The position numbers and the translations under genes are program-made. A stretch of DNA of 32,573 nucleotides from Octopus sinensis (Eukaryota): positions 1 to 32,573 of the forward strand of contig NW_021835194.1 in NCBI RefSeq assembly GCF_006345805.1, in the 5' to 3' direction. Under the pieces are notes generated by a model. That model saw only the letters and a program-made list of their open reading frames with translations. It was not told the origin of the DNA and did no database searches. Below are positions 24,001-32,573 of this stretch, piece by piece. The stretch's first letter is position 1; each line of letters begins with the position of its first letter.

Positions 24001-26150
24001 TAAAATGAGGAGAAGAGAAAAAAAAAAGAGAAATGTGATCAAGGAGAAACTACTAGAGTAAGTTTATGAAAAATGAGAGAAGAAAGAAAAAAGAGAATGT
24101 GATCAAGGAGAAAGTACTGGAGTAAGTTTATGAAAAATGAGAGAACAGAAAGAAAAAGTGAAATGTGATCAAGGAGAATGTACAGGAGTAAGTTTATGAA
24201 ACATGAGGAGAAGAGAAAGAAAAAAGAGAATGTGATCAAGGAGAAAGTACTGGAGTAAGTTTATGAAAATGAAGAGAAGAGAAAGAAAAAGAGAAATATG
24301 ATCAAGGAGAAGTACTTGAGTAAGTTTATAAAAATGAGGAGAAGAGAAAAGAAAGAGAAATGTGATCAAGGAGAAAGTACTGGAGTAAGTTTGATGGAAA
24401 ATGAAAGAAAGAGAAAGAAAAAAGAGAAATATGATCAAGGAGAAAGTACTGGATTAAGTTTATAAAAATGAGGAGAAGAGAAAAAAAAGAGAAATATGAT
24501 CAAGGAGAAAGTACTGGAGTAAGTTTATGAAAAATGAGGAGAAGAAAGAATAAAGGAATGTGATCAAGGAGAAAGTACTGGAGTAAGTTCATGAAAAATG
24601 AGGAGAAGAGAAAGAAAAGAGAAATGTGATCAAGGAGAAAGTACTGGAGTAAGTTTATGAAAAATGAAGAGAAGAGAAAGAAAAGTGAAATGTGAAGGAG
24701 AAAGTACTGGAGTAAGTTTATGAAAAAGGAGAAGAGAAAGAATAAAGGGATATGTGATCAACGAGAAAGTACTGGAGTAAGTTCATGAAAATGAGGAGAA
24801 GAGAAAGAAAAAAGAGAAATGTGATCAAGGAGAAAGTACTGAGTAAGTTTTATGAAAATAAGAGAAGAGAAAGAAAAAGAGAAATGTGATCAAGGAAAGT
24901 ACTGGAGTAAGTTTATGAAAAATGAGGAGAAGAGAAAGAAAAAGAGAAATGTGATCAAGGAGAAAGTACTGAAGTAAGTTTATGAAAATTGAAGAGAAGA
25001 GAAAGAAAAAAGAGAAATATGATCAAGGAGAAAGTACTGGAGTAAGTTTATGAAAAATGAGGAGAAGAGAAAGAAAAAAGAGAAACGTGATCAAGGAGAA
25101 AGCACTGGAGTAAGTTTATGAAAAATGAAGAGAAGAGAAAGAAAAAAGAGAAATGTGTTAAAGGAGAAAGTACTGGAGTAAGTTTATGAAAAATGAGAAG
25201 AGAAGGAAAAAAGAGAAATGTGATCAAGGAGAATCTAATGGAGTAAGTTTATGAAAAATGAGGATAAGAGAAAGAAAAGGAAAATCTGATCAAGGAGAAA
25301 GTACTGGATAAGTTTATGAAAAATGAGAGAAGAGAAAGAAAAAAGAGAATGTGATCAAGGAGAAACTACTGGAGTAAGTTTATGGAAAATGAGGAGAGAG
25401 AAAAAAGAACACAGAAATGTGATCAAGAGAAAGTACTGGAGTAAGTTTATGAAAAATGAAAGAAGAGAAAGAAAAAGAGAAATGTGATAAAGGAGAAAGT
25501 ACTGGAGTAAGTTTATGAAAAATGAGGAGAAGAGAAGGAAAAAAGAGAAATGTGATCAAGGAGAAAGTACTGGAGTAAGTTTATGAAAAATGAAGAGAAG
25601 AGAAAGAAAAAAGTGAAATGTGATCAAGGAGAAAGTACTGGAGTAAGTTTATGAAAAATAAGGAGAAGAGAATGAAAAAAGATAAAAGTGATCAAGGAGA
25701 AAGTACCGGAGTAAGTTTATGGAAGATGAGGAGAAGAGAACGAAAAAGGAGAAATGTGATCAAGGAGAAAGTACTGGAGTAAGTTTATGAAAAATGAGTA
25801 GAAGAGAAAGAAAAAAGAGAAATGTGATCAAGGAGAAACTAATGGAGTAAGTTTATGAAAAACGAGAATAAGAGAAAGAAAAAGGAGAAATGTGATCAAG
25901 GAGAAAGTACTGGAGTACGTTTATGGAAAATGAGGAGAAGAGAAAGAAAAAAGAAAAATGTGATCAAGGAGAAAGTACCGGAGTAAGTTTATGAAAAATG
26001 AAGAGAAGAGAAAGAAAAACAGAAATGTGATCAAGGAGAAAGTACTGGAGTAAGTTTATGAAAAATGAGGAGAAGAGAAAAAAAAGAGAAATGTGATCAA
26101 GGAGAAAGTACTGGAGTAAGTTTATGAAAAATGAGGAGAAGAGAAAGAAA

Positions 26151-26966
26151 AAAGAGAAATGTGATCAAGGAGAAAGTACTGGAGTAAGTTGATGGAAAAT
26201 AAAGAGAAGAGAAAGAAAAAAGAGAAATATGATCAAGGAGAAAGTACTGGATTAAGTTTATGAAAAATGAGGAGAAGAGAAAGAAAAAAGAGAAATATGA
26301 TCAAGGAGAAAGTACTGGAGTAAGTTTATGAAAAATGAGGAGAAGAGAAAGAATAAAGGGATAGGTGATCAAGGAGAAAGTACTGGAGTAAGTTCATGAA
26401 AAATGAGGAGAAGAGAAAGAAAAAAGAGAAATGTGATCAGGGAGAAAGTACTGGAGTAAGTTTATGAAAAATGAAGAGAAGAGAAAGAAAAAAGAGAAAT
26501 ATGATCAAGGAGAAAGTACTTGAGTAAGTTTATAAAAAATGAGGAGAAGAGAAAGAGAAAAGAGAAATGTGATCAAGGAGAAAGTACTGGAGTAAGTTGA
26601 TGGAAAATAAAGAGAAGAGAAAGAAAAAAGAGAAATATGATCAAGGAGAAAGTACTGGATTAAGTTTATAAAAAATGAGGAGAAGAGAAAGAAAAAAGAG
26701 AAATATGATCAAGGAGAAAGTACTGGAGTAAGTTTATGAAAAATGAGGAGAAGAGAAAGAATAAAGGGATATGTGATCAAGGAGAAAGTACTGGAGTAAG
26801 TTCATGAAAAATGAGGAGAAGAGAAAGAAAAAAGAGAAATGTGATCAAGGAGAAAGTACTGGAGTAAGTTTATGAAAAATGAAGAGAAGAGAAAGAAAAC
26901 AGTGAAATGTGATAAAGGAGAAAGTACTGGAGTAAGTTTATGAAAAATGAGGAGAAGAGAAAGAAT
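26151..26966 (+). repeat. 2 x 6-monomer (408 bp) tandem duplication with a nested 3-monomer repeat
   Basis: GTTGATGGAAAATAAAGAG occurs at ~26188 and ~26596 (offset 408), each followed by GGATTAAG, GAATAAAGGGATA and TTCAT monomers. GAATAAAGGGATAT repeats again 204 bp later (~26760 and ~26964). Confidence 0.85.
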
Positions 26967-27109
26967 AAAGGGATATGTGATCAACGAGAAAGTACTGGAG
27001 TAAGTTCATGAAAAATGAGGAGAAGAGAAAGAAAAAAGAGAAATGTGATCAAGGAGAAAGTACTGGAGTAAGTTTATGAAAAATGAAGAGAAGAGAAAGA
27101 AAAAAGAGA

Positions 27110-28185
27110 AATGTGATCAAGGAGAAAGTACTGGAGTAAGTTTATGAAAATAAGAGAAGAGAATGAAAAAGAGAAAGTGATCAAGGAGAAAGTACAGTAG
27201 TAAGTTTTATGAAGATGAGGAGAAGAGAACGAAAAAGGAGAAATGTGATAAGGATAAAGTACTGGAGTAAGTTTGAAAAATGAGGAGAAGAGAAAGAAAA
27301 AGAGAAATGTGATCAAGGAGAAAGAACTGGAGTAAGTTTATGAAAAATGAAGAGAAAGAAGAAAAAAGTGAAATGTGATCAGGAGAAAGTACTGAGTAAG
27401 TTGAGAAAGTACTGAGTTAAATGAAAATGAGGACAAGAGAAAGAAAAAAGAGAAAATGTGACCAAGGAGAAAGCACTGGAGTAAGTTTATGAAAAATGAA
27501 GAGAAGAGAAAGAAAAAAGAGAAATATGATCAAGGAGAAAGTACTGGAGTAAGGTTGTGAAAAATGAGGAGAAGAGAAAGAAAAAAGTGAAGTGTGATCA
27601 AGGAGAAAGTACTGGAATAAGTTTATGAAAAATGAAGAGATGAGAAAGAAAAAAGAGAAATATGATCAAGGAGAAAGTACTGGAGTAAGTTTATATAAAA
27701 TGAGGAGAAGAGAAAGAAAAAAGAGAAATGTGATAAAGGAGAAAGTACTGGAGTAAGTTTATGAAACATTAGGAGAAGAGAAAAAAAAAAGAGAAATATG
27801 ATCAAGGAGAAAGTACTGGAGTAATGTTATGAAAAATGAGGAGAAGAGAAAGAAAAAAGAAGTGTGATCAAGGAAAAAGTACTGGAATAAGTTTATGAAA
27901 ATAAGAGATGAGAAAGAAAAAGAGAATATTATCAAGGAGATCTACTCGAGTATTTTATGGAAAATATGGAGAAGAGAAAGAAAAAGAGAAATGTGATCAA
28001 GGAGAAAGTACTGGAGTAAGTTTATGAAAAATGAAAGAAGAGAAAGAAAAAAGAGAAATGTGATAAAGGAGAAAGTACTGGAGTAAGTTTATGAAACATT
28101 AGGAGAAGAGAAAAAAAAAAGAGAAATGTGATCAAGGAGAAAGTACTGGAGTAAGGTTATGAAAAATGAGGAGAAGAGAAAGAAA
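27110..28185 (+). repeat. Partial copy (monomers 17-33, lacking monomer 26) of the 33-mer block, directly upstream of copy 2
   Basis: The order GAATGA / TACAG-GAAGAT-AACG / GATAAGGATA / GGACAA / GACC-GCAC / GGTTGTG / GGAAT / TATATA / AACATT / AATGTTA / GGAAT / TACTCGAG (27943) / AACATT / AAGGTT matches 1081-2236. Confidence 0.85.
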
Positions 28186-30406
28186 AAAGAGAAATGTGAT
28201 CAAGGAGAAACTACTAGAGTAAGTTTATGGAAAATGAGGAGAGGAGAAAGAAAAAAGAGAAATGTGATCAAGGAGAAACTACTGGAGTAAGTTTATGAAA
28301 AATGAAGAGAAGAGAAAGAAAAAAGAGAAATGTTATCAAGGAGAAAGTACTGGAGTAAGTTTATGAAAAATGAGGAGAAGAGAAAGAAAAAAGAGAAATG
28401 TGATCAAGGAGAAAGTACTGGAGTAAGTTTATAAAAAATGAGGAGAAGAGAAAGAAAAAAGAGAAATGTGATCAAGGAGAAAGTACAGGAGTAAGTTTAT
28501 GAAACATGAGGAGAAGAGAAAGAAAAAAGAGAAATGTGATCAAGGAGAAACTACTAGAGTAAGTTTATGGAAAATGAGGAGAGGAGAAAGAAAAAAGAGA
28601 AATGTGATCAAGGAGAAAGCACTGGAGTAAGTTTATGAAAAATGAAGAGAAGAGAAAGAAAAAAGAGAAATATGATCAAGGAGAAAGTACTGGAAGAAGG
28701 TTATGAAAAATGAGGAGAAGAGAAAGAAAAAAGAGAAATGTGATCAAGGAGAAACTACTAGAGTAAGTTTATGGAAAATAAGGAGAAGAGAAAGAAAAAA
28801 GAGAAATGTGATCAAGGAGAAAGTACTGGAGTAAGTTTATCAAAAATGAAGAGAAGAGAAAGAAAAAAGAGAAATGTTATCAAGAAGAAAGTACTGGAGT
28901 AAGTTTATGAAAAATGAGGAGAAGAGAAAGAAAAAAGTGAAATGTGATCAAGGAGAAAGTACTGGAGTAAGTTTATAAAAAATGAGGAGAAGAGAAAGAA
29001 AAAAGAGAAATGTGATGAAGGAGAAAGTACTGGAGTAAGTTCATGAAAAATGAAGAGAAGAGAAAGAAAAAAGACAAATATGATCAAGGAGAAAGTACTT
29101 GAGTAAGTTTATGAAAAATGAGGAGAAGAGAAAGAAAAAAGAAAAATGTGATCAAGGAGAAAGTACTGGAGTAAGTTTATGAAAAATGAGGAGATGAGAA
29201 AGAAAAAAGAGAAATGTGATCAAGGAGAAAGTACTGGAGTAAGTTTATGAAAAATGAAGAGAAGAGAAAGAAAAAAGAGAAATGTGATCAAGGAAAAGTA
29301 CTGGAGTAAGTTTATGAAAAATAAGGAGAAGAGAATGAAAAAAGAGAAAAGTGATCAAGGAGAAAGTACAGGAGTAAGTTTATGGAAGATGAGGAGAAGA
29401 GAACGAAAAAGGAGAAATGTGATAAAGGATAAAGTACTGGAGTAAGTTTATGAAAAATGAGGAGAAGAGAAAGAAAAAAGAGAAATGTGATCAAGGAGAA
29501 AGTACTGGAGTAAGTTTATGAAAAATGAGGAGAAGAGAAAGAAAAAAGTGAAATGTGATCAAGGAGAAGTACTGGAGTAAGTTTATGAAAAATGAGGACA
29601 AGAGAAAGAAAAAAGAGAAATGTGACCAAGGAGAAAGCACTGGAGTAAGTTTATGAAAATGAGAGAAGAAAAGAAAAAAGAGAAATGTGATCAAGGAGAA
29701 AGTACTGGAGTAAGTTTGTGAAAATGAAGGAGAAGAGAAAGAAAAAAGAGAAGTGTGATCAAGGAGAAAGTACTGGAATAAGTTTATGAAAAATGAAGAG
29801 ATGAGAAAGAAAAAAGAGAAATATGATCAAGGAGAAAGTACTGGAGTAAGTTTATATAAAATGAGGAGAAGAGAAAGAAAAAAGAGAAATGTGATCAAGG
29901 AGAAAGTACTGGAGTAAGTTTATGAAAAATGAAGAGAAAAGAAAAAGAAAAAAGAGAAATGTGATAAAGGAGAAAGTACTGGAGTAAGTTTATGAAACAT
30001 TAGGAGAAGAGAAAAAAAAAGAGAAATGTGATCAAGGAGAAAGTACTGGAGTAAGTTTATAAAATGAGGAGAAGAGAAAGAAAAGAGAAGTGTGATCAAG
30101 GAGAAAGTACTGGAATAAGTTTATGAAAAATGAGAGATGAGAAAGAAAAAAGAATATTATCAAGGAGATCTACTCGAGTAATTTTATGGAAAAATATGGA
30201 GAAGAGAAAGAAAAAAGAGAAATGATCAAGGAGAAAGTACTGGAGTAAGTTTATGAAAAATGAAGAGAAGAGAAAGAAAAAAGAAATGTGATAAAGGAGA
30301 AGTACTGGAGTAAGTTTATGAAACATGAGGAGAAGAGAAAAAAAAGAGAAATGATCAAGGAGAAAGTACTGGAGTAAGTTATGAAAAATGAGGAGAGAGA
30401 AAGAAA
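28186..30406 (+). repeat. 33-monomer higher-order block, copy 2 (same monomer order as 1-2236)
   Basis: Same variants in the same order, including rare ones: TATCA (~637 and ~28839), GATGAA (~821 and ~29014), GACAAATAT (~880 and ~29073), TACTCGAGTA (1991 and 30171). ORF translations 712..894 and 28905..29087 are identical, as are 1120..1302 and 29312..29494. Confidence 0.9.
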
Positions 30407-32573
30407 AAAGAAATTGATCAAGGAGAACTACTAAGTAGTTATGGAAAATGAGGAGAGGAGAAAGAAAAAAGAGAAATGTGATCAAGGAGAAACTACTGAG
30501 TAAGTTTATGAAAAATGAAGAAGAGAAAGAAAAAGAGAAATGTTATCAAGGAGAAAGTACTGGAGTAGTTTATGAAAATGAGGAGAAGAGAAAGAAAAAA
30601 GAAAATGTGATCAAGGAGAAAGTACTGGAGTAAGTTTATGAAAAATGAGGAGAAGAGAAAGAAAAAAGAGAAATGTGATCAAGGAGAAAGTACAGGAGTA
30701 AGTTTATGAAACATGAGGAGAAGAGAAAGAAAAAAGAGAAATGTGATAAAGGAGAAAGTAATGGAGTAAGTTTATGAAAAATGAGGAGAAGAGAAAGAAA
30801 AAAGAGAAATGTGATCAAGGAGAAAGTACTGGAGTAAGTTTATGAAAAATGAAGAGAAGAGAAAGAAAAAAGAGAAATATGATCAAGGAGAAAGTACTTG
30901 AGTAAGTTTATGAAAAATGAGGAGAAGAGTAAGAAAAAAGAAAAATGTGATCAAGGAGAAAGTACTGGAGTAAGTTTATGAAAAATGAGAGATGAGAAAG
31001 AAAAAGAGAAATGTGATCAAGGAGAAAGTACTGGAGTAAGTTTATGAAAAATAAGGAGAAGAGAATGAAAAAAGAGAAAAGTGATCAAGGAGAAAGTACC
31101 GGAGTAAGTTTATGGAAGATGAGGAGAAGAGAACGAAAAAGGAGAAATGTGATAAAGGATAAAGTACTGGAGTAAGATTATGAAAAATGAGGAGAAGAGA
31201 AAGAAAAAAGAGAAATGTGATCAAGGAGAAAGTACTGGAGTAAGTTTATGAAAAATGAGGAGAAGAGAAAGAAAAAAGAGAAATGTGATCAAGGAGAAAG
31301 TACTGGAGTAAGTTATGAAAAATGAGAGAAGAGAAGAAAAAAAGAGAATTTGATCAAGGAGAAGTACGGAGTAATTTATGAAAAATGAAGAGAGAGAAAA
31401 GAAAAAAGAGAAATGTGATCAGGAGAAAGTACTGGAGTAAGTTTATGAAAAATAAGGAAAGAGAATGAAAAAGAGAAAGTGATCAAGGAGAAGTACAGAG
31501 TAAGTTTATGAAGATGAGGAAAGAGAAGAAAAGGAGAAATGTGATAAAGGATAAAGTACTGGAGTAAGTTTATGAAATGAGGAGAAGAGAAAGAAAAAAA
31601 GGAAATGTGATCAAGGAGAAAGTACTGGAGTAAGTTTATAAAAATGAGGAGAAGAGAAAGAAAAAAGAGAAATGTGATCAAGGAGAAAGTACTGGAGTAA
31701 GTTTATAAAAATGAGGACAAGAGAAAGAAAAAAGAGAAATTGATCAAGAGAAAGTACTGAGAGTAGTTATGAAAAATGAAAAGAAGAAAAGAAAAAAGAG
31801 AAATGATCAAGGAGAAAAATACTGGAGTAAGTTATGAAAAATGAGAAAGAGAAAGAAAAAAGAGAAATGTGATCAAGGAGAAAGTACTGAATAAGTTTAT
31901 GAAAAATGAGAGATGAGAAAGAAAAAAAGAGAAATATGATCAAGGAGAAAGTACTGGAGTAAGTTTATGAAAATGAGGAGAAGAAAGAAAAAGAGAAATG
32001 TGATCAAGGAGAAAGTACTGGAGTAAGTTTATGAAAATGAAGAGAAGAGAAAGAAAAAAGAGAAATGTGATCAAGGAGAAAGTACTGGAGTAAGTTTATG
32101 AAAATGAGGGAAAGAGAAAAAAAAAAGAGAAATGTGATCAAGGAGAAAGTACTGGAGTAAGTTTATGAAAAATGAGGAGAAGAGAAAGAAAAAAGAGAAT
32201 GTGATCAAGGAGAAACTACTGGAGTAAGTTTATGGAAATGAGGAGAGAAAGAAAAAAGAGAAATGTGATCAAGGAGAAAGTACTGGAGTAAGTTTATGAA
32301 AAATGAAGAAAGAGAAAGAAAAAGGAGAAATGTGATCAAGGAGAAAGTACTGGAGTAAGTTTATGAAAAATGAGGAGAAGAGAAAGAAAAAGAGAAATGT
32401 GATCAAGGAGAAAGTACTGGAGTAAGTTTATGAAAAATGAGGAGAAGAGAAAGAAAAAGAGAAATGTGATCAAGGAGAAAGTACTGGAGTAAGTTTATGA
32501 AAAATGAGGAGAAGAGAAAGAAAAAGAGAAATGTGATCAAGGAGAAAGTACTGGAGTAAGTTTATGAAAAATG

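Larger units (their letters stand above)
1..32573 (+). repeat. Tandem satellite array of a 68-bp purine-rich monomer, ~480 copies, open at both window ends
   Basis: The motif GTGATCAAGGAGAAAGTACTGGAGTAAGTTTATGAAAAATGA recurs continuously from base 1 to 32573 in one orientation. In clean regions monomers start exactly 68 bp apart (1081, 1149, 1217, 1285, 1353, 1421, 1489, 1557). ORF-track spacings of 204 and 340 bp are multiples of 68. Confidence 0.99.

Noticed and set aside
24740-26970. AATAAA hexamers in variant monomers as polyadenylation signals
   Set aside because: They arise from single A>T or G>A changes in A-rich tracts. There is no gene or downstream element to support function.
712-31681. 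About 50 minus-strand F/L/S/I-rich ORFs of 60-173 aa that resemble small membrane proteins
   Set aside because: They are translations of the pyrimidine-rich strand of a non-triplet repeat. Most start at TTG from the ..GATCAA motif (e.g. 1300-1302), not ATG. The consensus has a TGA after VLSP, so the 60-aa ORFs appear only where a variant (GATAAA, GACC, GATG, GATCC, GAGATA) destroys TGATCA. Longer ORFs such as 7495..8016 fall in deletion-rich blocks and depend on frameshifting indels. There is no RBS, domain or unique sequence.
1-32573. CRISPR array (68-bp period resembles repeat + spacer)
   Set aside because: There are no unique spacers. The whole 68 bp is conserved between units apart from scattered substitutions, and there is no leader or cas gene.
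1-32573. Human 68-bp Sau3A beta-satellite, or trypanosome 70-bp repeats
   Set aside because: Only the unit length (and a GATC site, for beta-satellite) is shared. Beta-satellite is far more GC-balanced and lacks this extreme purine skew, and the trypanosome 70-bp repeats contain TAA triplet runs that are absent here. This is judged from memory, so a database search is still needed.
1-32573. Telomeric repeat or G-quadruplex array
   Set aside because: There is no short telomere-type unit and the consensus has no GGG runs, only GG dinucleotides separated by long A-rich loops.
1-32573. Fungal RIP signature (several common variants are TG>TA: TATGATC, TATAAA, ATAAGG)
   Set aside because: Most TpG sites remain intact. 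The + strand CpA in GATCA changes to A, G or stays, not to T. Many variants are transversions. The pattern is not distinguishable by eye from ordinary transition bias.

Overview
The entire 32,573-bp window is one uninterrupted head-to-tail tandem array (satellite-type DNA) of a 68-bp monomer, roughly 480 copies. The consensus is AAAGAGAAATGTGATCAAGGAGAAAGTACTGGAGTAAGTTTATGAAAAATGAGGAGAAGAGAAAGAAA (exact copy at 1285-1352): 37 A, 18 G, 11 T, 2 C, so ~29% GC and ~81% purine on the + strand. I found no unique flank, inversion, gene, RNA gene, mobile element or CRISPR spacer. All listed ORFs are by-products of the repeat. The real information lies in the monomer variants. Read as a barcode, they show nested higher-order repeats (3-, 5-, 6-, 11-, 18-, 33- and 48-monomer offsets), cassettes reshuffled through the array, regional domains with private variants, and a ~28.2-kb recurrence in which the monomer order of 1-~3.6 kb reappears at 28,186-~31.9 kb. 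Blocks with exact 68-bp spacing alternate with blocks full of 1-bp homopolymer deletions, which looks like partly polished long-read error. I do not recognise the satellite family or organism and found no evidence for a protein-coding system. All monomer mapping was done by eye, so internal boundaries are approximate.
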